A stretch of 64,000 nucleotides of DNA, from NCBI GenBank assembly GCA_035636595.1, contig DASPYU010000015.1, positions 168 to 64,167 on the forward strand, in the 5' to 3' direction. Position 1 is the first letter of the stretch; each line of letters opens with the position of its first letter. The translations under genes were made by a program, and so were the position numbers. Of the stretch, positions 29,521 through 37,218 are shown one piece after another. The notes under the pieces are model-generated. The model worked only from the letters and a program-made list of their open reading frames with translations, was not told the origin of the DNA and did not search any database. The DNA comes from Thermoplasmata archaeon. GTDB lineage: Archaea > Thermoplasmatota > Thermoplasmata > RBG-16-68-12.

Positions 29521-29727
29521 AATACCCCACGCGCTCGCGCCCGCGTGAATCCAAGTCTCTTGAGAGGCTCGCTGCCACATAAATCTTCGAAGGACACCGG
29601 GAAGGAGCCCGGTCCGCAAGGGCCGGGCCTGGTTAGACCTCCTCACTTGGCCTTTACCTTGGTTGGAGGTCCTGCGAATGAAAAGCGTGTGGTGGGGACA
29701 AAGGTATTCCGGAACTCGAAAGGCGAG
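29521..29727 (+). ncRNA. Candidate structured non-coding RNA, family not recognised
   Basis: Nested stems: AATACC/GGTATT closing stem; CACGCG/CGCGTG; AGTCTC/GAGGCT; TGCCACAT/GTGTGGTG; GCCCGGTCC-GCAA-GGGCCGGGC; GACCTCC/GGAGGTC. TATA-like TGTATAG about 25 nt upstream. Confidence 0.4.
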
Positions 29728-29780
29728 ACAGCAAACTTCTTAATGGCAAAAATACTCGGCGCTATCTGTCCAGGGCAAGC

Positions 29781-30332
29781 ATGAACGGTGACGTCAATGT
29801 GTCAGTCCGACCGTATGCTGAAGGAGATCTCTGGCTGTTGGAGAGGACGCTCGGAGACCCAAGTCAAATGGTGCACTTGAACGGGCCGGAAAGTAATGAA
29901 AACATCCGGAAGCGTCACAACAGATTTCTTGCGATGTCTGCTGACCCGCACGCCGGATGCCAGTTCACGATTTTGGCAGGCCCTCTTCATGCTCTAGCCG
30001 GTAATGTCGGATACTGGGAAAGTGAATGGAAGGGAGAGATCGGATGGGAGATGGGATGGTTCGTGCTACCAGAATTTCAGGGACGCGGAGTCGCAACTGC
30101 GGCGACCAGACTGGTTATAGACCTGATTACTAGGCTTCAGAGTCACAAATTCATCTCTGCATTTCCTTCGGTGAACAATCACCCATCGAATGCCATCTGC
30201 AAAAAGCTCGGATTCACCCTAACCGAGCAAGCAAGTTCCGAGTATCCACCCGGCAGCAAACGCGTACTGCACGTCAATATTTGGATGCTGACTCTCCCGG
30301 GTAGCGGAGTGGATACCTCGGCACAGAGCTAG
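29781..30332 (+). CDS. GNAT acetyltransferase (RimJ/RimL-like)
   Basis: EMGWFVLPEFQGRGVA and NHPSNAICKKLGF; visibly lower GC than the flanks. Confidence 0.88.
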   Translation: MNGDVNVSVRPYAEGDLWLLERTLGDPSQMVHLNGPESNENIRKRHNRFLAMSADPHAGCQFTILAGPLHALAGNVGYWESEWKGEIGWEMGWFVLPEFQGRGVATAATRLVIDLITRLQSHKFISAFPSVNNHPSNAICKKLGFTLTEQASSEYPPGSKRVLHVNIWMLTLPGSGVDTSAQS

Positions 30333-30776
30333 GTCTGAGGGTTGGCGCAGGTGAGGTCAACCGACGCCTCGGGAAACGTCTTCGCCATTCGCTGCAGGCG
30401 GTACCCGCAAGTCGGATCGAGCGCGAACGACAGACGCCTCCATCGCAAAGCGTACGTTTCACAGACGGGGGCTTCTGTCGGAATGGGGACCCTCCATCTG
30501 TGTGTCTTCGATCGTCTCGGTGACAGTCGGCGGATCGGCTGACCCCGCGATGGGATCTCGAAAAGGTGAAAGGGCCGGCCCGGCAACGGGCCGGCATGCT
30601 GGGGACGGCGGCGAATGCGCTCATCGCGGCGCTTCGAGTGATGGCACGATTCCAAATGTTTGGGACCCCACTTCCGGGGTGCCAAAAGGCTTTGGACTCC
30701 GGATATCGCGGCGAAAGGGTCACGGCTTGAGTCGATCGCACTCATGCCGTAACCTGGCCCCATCTTCACAGGCGAT

Positions 30777-31106
30777 TCAACTCAGCCTTCCACGAATCTC
30801 CGCGAAGTAAGTCGCCCGATTCTTGTCGTATCTCCAAAGGCCGAGAACCGAACCCATGAGACAGCTGATTCCGAGGGCCCACAGGAAAAGGTAAGCGATA
30901 ACGTCGCCGGCTCCGAGATACGCATACGCTACGCCGTCGGCACCGAGGAATCCTGTCCCAACATAGAAGAGCCGCTCCGCAGTCGCAGGCCTTGGCCATG
31001 CTTCAATGATCTTGGCCTGCAAGTCCATGTACGACTTCCGAGCTTCAAGTTCTTCCTTCGTCCTCGTCCAACCTCGGGTTGACTCATCAGTGTCCTTGTA
31101 GAGCAT
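30777..31106 (-). CDS. Hypothetical two-TM protein (lower GC)
   Basis: 109-aa ORF with two hydrophobic segments; possibly a gene fragment. Confidence 0.45.
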   Translation of the reverse strand: MLYKDTDESTRGWTRTKEELEARKSYMDLQAKIIEAWPRPATAERLFYVGTGFLGADGVAYAYLGAGDVIAYLFLWALGISCLMGSVLGLWRYDKNRATYFAEIRGRLS

Positions 31107-31240
31107 CAGCGTGACTTGCCGGAAATGCTCGGCTCGCTCCTTGTGGTCGTCGAACTTTCAACACTGTCGGAGCGCTGTCCGTGCCTCCCTGTTCTCAAAC
31201 AGGGAAACCGGGTTGCAACCTTTTTAGAGGAGACGGGGAG

Positions 31241-33364
31241 ATGGGACGAGGCCATCGAGGTAACGTTACGCCGCAGGACCTCCTGCTCCCAGAGGGAAAA
31301 CTCATCCGCACCACACGGGGCGGTCCGAACGCGCTCAAGCAGTTGCTCCTCGACCTGAAGAAATATTCGTTCTCGGGGTACGTCCGCACCGTCCGTTCCT
31401 CGGACGGTCGCCGATCGGAAGGCATCGTCTTGCTCCGTGGCGGCAATCCGGAGGCGAGCCTCTACCAGCGCGCCGACTCTCGCGATCGCGGCAGGGCGGC
31501 GCTGAAGAAGGTCTGGCAGGACTCGTACGACGAGGCCTGCGTCCTCGAGTTGCACGCGCGGGTCGACATGGCCGGACTCGTCCACGAGTACGCGGACGCG
31601 GTCCTGGAGCGGCCTTCGAAGGTCGTCAAGAAGACGAAAGTCCCGCACACCATGGGTCGGACCGAGATCGAGAAGCAGCTCCGTGGGTGGCGGGACCGAG
31701 GCTACGACGTCTCGTCCGTTGAAGCCCACTTGGATTCGGACCCCGCGGTCTTGACCGCCTCCGTCCTCGCGATGCGCGAGGCCGTGAAGAAGGCGGAGGC
31801 CGTCGAAACGATCCTGGATACGATCGACGTCACCGGGTTCGAGTCGCGCGCCGCGCTCCTCCGCGAGCGCCTGCGAAATCCCTTGAGGCATCCGGACATC
31901 GATGCGGAAGTCGAGAGTCTGCGCGACGCGATCGAGAGCATGCGGCGCGTCGAGGCGCGACGACAAATCGAGGTGACCCGCGAACGGGACTCGGAGGAAC
32001 GCAGCCGGAAGGTCGTCGAGTTCGTCATGCGGCAGACGGAAAACCTCCGACCCGAATCGGCCCCGACCCCGGAAGAGGTGGCGCGGGTCCTCCGAGAGCC
32101 GACGCCCCTGAAGGACGAGGCCACGGGGCTCGCGCCGTCGTCGACGTTCGAGGACTTCGTCGAGGGGGAGAGCAACCGCTTCGCCCACGGAGCCGCGGTG
32201 GCGGTCGCGAAATCCCCCGCGAAAGCCTACAATCCCCTTCTGATCACCTCGGGTCCCGGACTTGGCAAGACCCATCTCCTCCATGCGATCGGGAACTACA
32301 TCGAGTCGCACTCGAAGGATGCGAAGGTCCGGTACATGACGTGCGAAGGGTTCGCGACGAGCCTCGAAGAAGCGCGGGCCCAGGGGACGATCGCCTCGTT
32401 CCGCGAACGGGTGCGGAGCGTCGACTGCCTGCTCCTCGACGACATCCAGTTCCTCAGCAGCATGCCGGAGATCCACGAGGAGATTTTCTACACGTTCAAC
32501 GACCTCCATGATGGGGATCGTCAGATCGTCCTAGCGAGCGACCGCGCGCCGAAGGCAATCCCGAATCTGGACGAACGCCTTGTGTCGCGGTTCGAATCCG
32601 GCCTCGTCGCAGGGATCGAACCCCCGGAGCTGGCGACCCGGATCGCCATCTTGGAGCGGCGGGCTCGCGATGCGAAAGTCACGATCGATCGGGAAGTCCT
32701 GAGTTTCATCGCGACGACCGTGGAGGACAACGTCCGCGAGCTCGGCGGCGCGTTCAATCGAGTCGTCGCCTTCTCGTCGCTCATGGATCGTCCGATTTCT
32801 TCGGAGCTCGCGCGCGAGGTGCTCTCGGGACCGAAGGAGGACACGGCGTCCCCGAAAGCCGCGTCGGCGCCCTCCGTGGTCGATGAGAATCGCGATCTCC
32901 AACCAGGCCGCAGCTACCTAATCGAAGAGGACCGCCCCGCGGTGGCATTCCGCCTCTTTGCGAGGTTCCTCGGTGGCAGGAGCAGCGGCCTGGTCATTAC
33001 CCGGACCAATCCGAAGCGCGTCCGGGAGACCGTCGACGTGTCCGCCGGTCGGATCCTGTGGTTGACGGACCGCGAAGGCTCGGCCGAAGAGACGATCGCG
33101 CCGGCCCTGGAGCGCATCGTGTACGAGATCGAGGACTTCATGTCGAAGCACCCGCGCGGCGCCGTCCTCCTGGACGGCATCGAGTACCTCGTCTCGAACA
33201 ATTCCTTCGACGCGGTCTTGAAGTTCGTCCGCCGGCTCCTCGACGCGGTCTCGGAGAGCCACTACGCGTTCATCATCTCCCTCGGGGCCGCGACCCTGAA
33301 GGAGCAAGAGCTGAAGACGCTGGAGCGGGAGATGGACGTGATTCGGGCGGCGGAACCCGCCTGA
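31241..33364 (+). CDS. DUF2226-like / coiled-coil / DnaA-type AAA+ / DUF835-like fusion protein
   Basis: N-terminal LPEGKL...FSGYVR. Centre FEDFVEGESNRFA...YNPL...GLGKTHLLHAIGN...LLLDDIQF...SDR...ERLVSRF...NVREL. C-terminal GLVITRTNP...ILWLT...VLLDGIEYLVSNNSF. Confidence 0.88.
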   Translation: MGRGHRGNVTPQDLLLPEGKLIRTTRGGPNALKQLLLDLKKYSFSGYVRTVRSSDGRRSEGIVLLRGGNPEASLYQRADSRDRGRAALKKVWQDSYDEACVLELHARVDMAGLVHEYADAVLERPSKVVKKTKVPHTMGRTEIEKQLRGWRDRGYDVSSVEAHLDSDPAVLTASVLAMREAVKKAEAVETILDTIDVTGFESRAALLRERLRNPLRHPDIDAEVESLRDAIESMRRVEARRQIEVTRERDSEERSRKVVEFVMRQTENLRPESAPTPEEVARVLREPTPLKDEATGLAPSSTFEDFVEGESNRFAHGAAVAVAKSPAKAYNPLLITSGPGLGKTHLLHAIGNYIESHSKDAKVRYMTCEGFATSLEEARAQGTIASFRERVRSVDCLLLDDIQFLSSMPEIHEEIFYTFNDLHDGDRQIVLASDRAPKAIPNLDERLVSRFESGLVAGIEPPELATRIAILERRARDAKVTIDREVLSFIATTVEDNVRELGGAFNRVVAFSSLMDRPISSELAREVLSGPKEDTASPKAASAPSVVDENRDLQPGRSYLIEEDRPAVAFRLFARFLGGRSSGLVITRTNPKRVRETVDVSAGRILWLTDREGSAEETIAPALERIVYEIEDFMSKHPRGAVLLDGIEYLVSNNSFDAVLKFVRRLLDAVSESHYAFIISLGAATLKEQELKTLEREMDVIRAAEPA

Positions 33365-33367
33365 GGC

Positions 33368-34834
33368 TCACTCGAGCGACTCGATCTCCTTGTAGAAATC
33401 CCGGATCTGTCGGAGGGCCTCCCCCCAGGACTCCTGTTTGACGAGCGTGCTCGCCTCCTTCAGGATCCCGATCGGCTTGCCGAGCTCGTTGCCCTTCATC
33501 TTGAGGTCGAGGAGCGCGTTCCGGGCCTTCCGCATTTCCTCCTGGACGTACGACGGCACGTCGCGCTTCAGCCGTTCGTTCGCCTGTCTCCCGAGCCGGG
33601 TCGCGCCCGCGATGTCCTTGCGGTCCATGGCGTCCCTCGCCTGTCGGAGGAGTCGCTCCGCATCGCGCAGGTCCATGCCCGAGGGCCGCATGTCGCGCAC
33701 GAGGCGCTCGCCTCCGTCGATCGCGCGACGGGCGTCGTGGAAGTCCTTCGCCTCCGATTCGAAGGTGCCCATCGTGGCTTCGTATTCGTCCCATGCGCCG
33801 TCGTAGTCGCCGGCCTCGAGGCGCCCGACGGCTTCCTGGAGCTTCGGCAGCGACGCCTTGAGGCCCGCCTCGCCTTTCGCCGCCTGGATTTCTTGGATGA
33901 ACGTGTCGATCCGGCCGCCGATGAATTCGACGAACGCAATGTCGAGGGCCCTTCGGGCGTCCGCGATCAGGGTCACGGCCCGCTCGATGTCGCGACCCTT
34001 CCCCGCCTGGATCGCCTCGTTGATGATCCGCTTCCCATCGTCGATCTCGAGTCCGATCCGCTTCGCGGACACGAGGAGCGGCTTCACCTCGTTGACGAGC
34101 TTCGGCAGCTCGCGATACAGGAGTTTGCGGTCGCCGGCGGGGATCTTCCGCTCGGCTTCCTGTCGGGCGCGGCGGAGTTTGTCGAGCCGGTTCTGGAGGG
34201 GGATCCGGCTGGCGCGGACGGGAGGCGGCGGCGCAGCCGCCCGGGCCGCGAGGGGAGGAGGCCGGGCCGATTCGATCGCGAGCGGAGGCGCTCGGACGAT
34301 TTCCGCCAGGGGTTCGGCGTCCACGGGTTCCGTCCCCGGTTCCTCCGCGAAGCGCACGCCGCAACTCGGGCATTGGTCCGCATCCGCCGGCACAGCGGCC
34401 TTGCACACCGGGCACTCGTATTCCGTCGCCGCGCCTTCCGAGAACTCGGCGCCGCACCCCGGGCAGACGGTCGCGTCCGCGGACACGAGGGTCTCGCAGA
34501 CGGGACAGAGAAACTGCTCGCCGAGGTCCTTCGCCGGCTCCGCGGCGGCGTGGCTCTCGGACTCCACGACGACCTCGTCCGAATCGGGCGTCTCGCGGGC
34601 GACGTTCTTCAGGGTCTCGAAGATCTCCCTGTGGTCTTCCTTGCCTTCCATGATCGAGGCGAGGATCTCGTCGATGCTCCGCCCGTCCTTTTCCGGCACG
34701 TTGACGGTCTCGTGGGAACCGTCGCCGCTGAGGTCGAACAACGTGAGGTCGGTCTGGCACGAAGGACACACCCGCGCGTCTGCGTCGATGGAAGAATCAC
34801 AGACGGGACAGACCTTCGTTTCCTTCGCTGGCGT
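33368..34834 (-). CDS. Multi zinc-ribbon plus helical/coiled-coil protein
   Basis: Three CxxC-x10-CxxC double ribbons, a Pro/Ala linker and a helical C-terminus. The first ribbon is complete only if translation starts upstream of 34771 (ACG at 34834). Confidence 0.8.
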   Translation of the reverse strand, partial: TPAKETKVCPVCDSSIDADARVCPSCQTDLTLFDLSGDGSHETVNVPEKDGRSIDEILASIMEGKEDHREIFETLKNVARETPDSDEVVVESESHAAAEPAKDLGEQFLCPVCETLVSADATVCPGCGAEFSEGAATEYECPVCKAAVPADADQCPSCGVRFAEEPGTEPVDAEPLAEIVRAPPLAIESARPPPLAARAAAPPPPVRASRIPLQNRLDKLRRARQEAERKIPAGDRKLLYRELPKLVNEVKPLLVSAKRIGLEIDDGKRIINEAIQAGKGRDIERAVTLIADARRALDIAFVEFIGGRIDTFIQEIQAAKGEAGLKASLPKLQEAVGRLEAGDYDGAWDEYEATMGTFESEAKDFHDARRAIDGGERLVRDMRPSGMDLRDAERLLRQARDAMDRKDIAGATRLGRQANERLKRDVPSYVQEEMRKARNALLDLKMKGNELGKPIGILKEASTLVKQESWGEALRQIRDFYKEIESLE

Positions 34835-34996
34835 AAGCCGACACCTCGAAATCGTCGACGCGTTTTCTATCCTTGAGCGCGGTACTAAGACTTTCCGGAC
34901 TCAGTTTAGAGAATGATAAGTGCTCAAGGTGGATAATCAGCGCAAAACGATTAAGTGAGCCCGCGGCCCGTGCGATGGAACATCGACGGCGGGGCC

Positions 34997-35710
34997 ATGG
35001 GCTTTCGGAATTCAATCGAGGGACTCGACAAGGTGATTCGGTCCGAGATCAACCCGCCCAAGGTCATCCTGGTCACCGGACCGCCCGGTTCGATGAAGAC
35101 GTCGTTCTGCTACTCGCTCATGTCGCGGTATCTCAAGGACACGGGCGAGTTCGGGCTGTATACGACCCTCGAAGAGACGGTCCAGTCGCACCTGCGCAAC
35201 ATGGAATCGCTCGGGGTCGAGCTCTCGATGAACATGCAGATCAGCGACTTCACGGACCTTCGGGAGATCGACGCGGTCGTGGGGCCGGAGGACCAGACGG
35301 ATTACCTCGCGTTCATCGAACGCATGATCGGCCATTACCGCAAAGTTCATGGCCACAAGTTCAAGCTCTTCGCCCTCGACTCGCTCGGCGCGCTCTATTC
35401 GCTCATGGAGCACACGACGAACATGCGGAAGCGGATGTTCTACTTCTTCAAGATGCTCCGGGACAACGAGCTCACGTCCCTCGTCGTGATGGAGCGGGCC
35501 GCGGACGGCGAGAGCCAGCTCCTCGGCAACGAGGGGTTCCTGGTAGACGGGATTGTGTTGCTCGGGCTCGACCGGTCCCACGGCAAGCTCGTGCGGTATC
35601 TGCAAGTCGAAAAAATGCGGTCCACGGACCACTCGATGGAGAAACATGCCGTCGAGGTGCGCAAGGGCGGGCTCACCGTCCTCGGTCCGATCTTCGAGAC
35701 CGGGGGCTGA
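34997..35710 (+). CDS. Single-domain KaiC/RAD55-like RecA-fold ATPase
   Basis: IEGLD, Walker A GPPGSMKT, YTTLEE, LDSLGAL, LVDGIVLL, RYLQVEKMRSTDH. Confidence 0.9.
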   Translation: MGFRNSIEGLDKVIRSEINPPKVILVTGPPGSMKTSFCYSLMSRYLKDTGEFGLYTTLEETVQSHLRNMESLGVELSMNMQISDFTDLREIDAVVGPEDQTDYLAFIERMIGHYRKVHGHKFKLFALDSLGALYSLMEHTTNMRKRMFYFFKMLRDNELTSLVVMERAADGESQLLGNEGFLVDGIVLLGLDRSHGKLVRYLQVEKMRSTDHSMEKHAVEVRKGGLTVLGPIFETGG

Positions 35711-35787
35711 TGACGACGATTCCCATTCACCCGCCGATGCCTGGGAGGCTCGGCGCGCATCGTGCACTCTTCCGGAGGGTGCTGTAA

Positions 35788-36942
35788 ATGGCCGAAGCAA
35801 CCATCAAAGACGCACTCGACGCGCTGAAAGGAATCGAAGAAAGCCTGAAATCCCGCGACTCCGAGTTCAAGGAGCGCGAGGCCGCCCTCCAGGATGGGGC
35901 CGCGAAGATCGAGGAAGACCGCCGCGTCCTCGAAGGGGAGCGGACGTCCCTCGCCGACGAACGCGACTCGATCGTCGGCCGCGAGAAGGGCCTTCGCGCC
36001 CGCGAGAAGGAGCTCGAGGTGAAGGAGCGGTCGATCGATCAGCGCGAACAGGAATTCGAGTCGGCGCGCCAGGGTGTCCTCGCGAAGGAGAACCAACTCG
36101 TCTCCCGAGAGCAGGAGCTCGCGAAGCGCCTCGAGACGCTCATGCGACGCGAAGAGGACACCGCCCGTCGCGATGCGGAAACGACGGCGCATTCGCGTGA
36201 CATCGCCGCGCGGAAGAACGAGATCGCCGCGCGACAGGAGCAGATCATCAAGCTCCTCGAGGAGCAGAAGGCGGCGCTCGACGGCCAGATCGGGCGGAAC
36301 CGCGAGCTGATCGAACGCGAGAAGAAGCTCGCGACGGAAGAGGAGAGCATCGCCTCGGCGCGCGCCAAGGTCGCCGAAGAGGCGAAGCGGCTGATCGAGA
36401 AGGAGAAGCAACTCCTGGTGCACGAACAGAACGTCAGCCGAGCTGCGGCCGCTGCGCCTGCGATGGCCACGCCCGCCGCGGGACCCCGACCCATCCCGTC
36501 CCCGGCCGCTTCACAGCCCATGCCCGGACCTGGGCCGCGCCCTCAACCCGTGCCCGCGACGCCGAGCCCCCCGCCCGCCGCAAAGCCCGCGACGCCCGTC
36601 GTCACAGCGGCCCCTCCCGCGGCGAAGCCCGTCACGAAGCCCCTGGCGGCGGAAGCCGAGGGCGAGTCGGAGATCCCCTGTCCGGCCTGTGGGACGATGA
36701 TCTCCTCCGACGCGATCATGTGCTACGCCTGCGGCCATCGCCTCCAAGAAGAATCCGCCGTCGAGGAGACCGTGGAAACGGAAGGCGAGTCGGAGGTCCC
36801 GTGTCCCGCTTGTGGCACGATGATCTCCTCCGACGCGATCATGTGCTACGCCTGCGGCCACCGCATGGCCGCGGACGACGACAAGGGCGCCAAGAGGGCG
36901 CCGGTGAGCGTCAAGAAGGTCCTCAAGAAGAAGGTCATCTGA
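35788..36942 (+). CDS. Long coiled-coil, Pro-rich linker and two zinc ribbons, with a basic C-terminal tail
   Basis: Heptad-rich E/K/R region; two CPACGTMISSDAIMCYACGH units; GGAGGG RBS. Confidence 0.85.
   Translation: MAEATIKDALDALKGIEESLKSRDSEFKEREAALQDGAAKIEEDRRVLEGERTSLADERDSIVGREKGLRAREKELEVKERSIDQREQEFESARQGVLAKENQLVSREQELAKRLETLMRREEDTARRDAETTAHSRDIAARKNEIAARQEQIIKLLEEQKAALDGQIGRNRELIEREKKLATEEESIASARAKVAEEAKRLIEKEKQLLVHEQNVSRAAAAAPAMATPAAGPRPIPSPAASQPMPGPGPRPQPVPATPSPPPAAKPATPVVTAAPPAAKPVTKPLAAEAEGESEIPCPACGTMISSDAIMCYACGHRLQEESAVEETVETEGESEVPCPACGTMISSDAIMCYACGHRMAADDDKGAKRAPVSVKKVLKKKVI
36661..36864 (+). repeat. Intragenic direct repeat (about 80 nt, period 123 nt) encoding the duplicated zinc ribbon
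   Basis: ggcgagtcggag...acgatgatctcctccgacgcgatcatgtgctacgcctgcggcca starts at both 36661 and 36784. Confidence 0.9.
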
Positions 36943-36955
36943 GTGCGAAGCCGAG

Positions 36956-37000
36956 CCGGCCGCGAGGCCCCTCTGCGGTCGGCGACCTCTCATTTTTCGT
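36956..37000 (+). terminator. Hairpin plus T-rich tract
   Basis: GCCGGCCGC...GCGGTCGGC followed by CTCTCATTTTTC. Confidence 0.5.
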
Positions 37001-37107
37001 CGATTTTCCCGCCAAAAGTGCCACTTTCATACAGAAAGTTGTATAAAATAAGTCTCTCCATAGAATTTGCCTGTTCTTCGCGGTGAGAACAGGTGCGTAT
37101 CGCGATA

Positions 37108-37149
37108 GATAATCGCTCGGTAACCTATTTATAAAGCGGGCCAGGATGG
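37108..37149 (+). promoter_or_regulatory. Promoter with shared motif GATAATC-N8-ACCTA-(TATA, N13)-CCAGGATGG
   Basis: Same layout at 43339-43380 (+) and 55924-55965 (-). Confidence 0.65.
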
Positions 37150-37218
37150 CCGGGAACAATGCCCACCGGCCGTGCACTCCGGATGCGTTCCGAAGGCTCG
37201 ACCTCAGGAGGTCTTGCG

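Noticed and set aside
29521-29727. Assigning the structured element to 5S rRNA, SRP RNA, RNase P, an HDV-like ribozyme or a c-di-GMP riboswitch
   Set aside because: Only short partial resemblances (CCTCCTCAC, GCGAATG, CCAGGCCCGG on the minus strand). The required pairings and conserved cores could not be built.
30329-30769. 146-aa minus-strand ORF
   Set aside because: No recognisable motif, atypical composition, and several competing overlapping ORFs.
25242-31180. Integrated element at tRNA-Thr, or at tRNA-Phe/Tyr
   Set aside because: No integrase and no duplicated tRNA 3' end were seen; the downstream genes include core pgk.
31241-34940. Calling the DnaA-like gene dnaA with a nearby oriC (TTATCCAC-like sequences at ~34929 and ~48268)
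   Set aside because: Domain IV is absent and the context is archaeal. The matches are isolated and imperfect and coincide with promoter elements; there is no box cluster or DUE.
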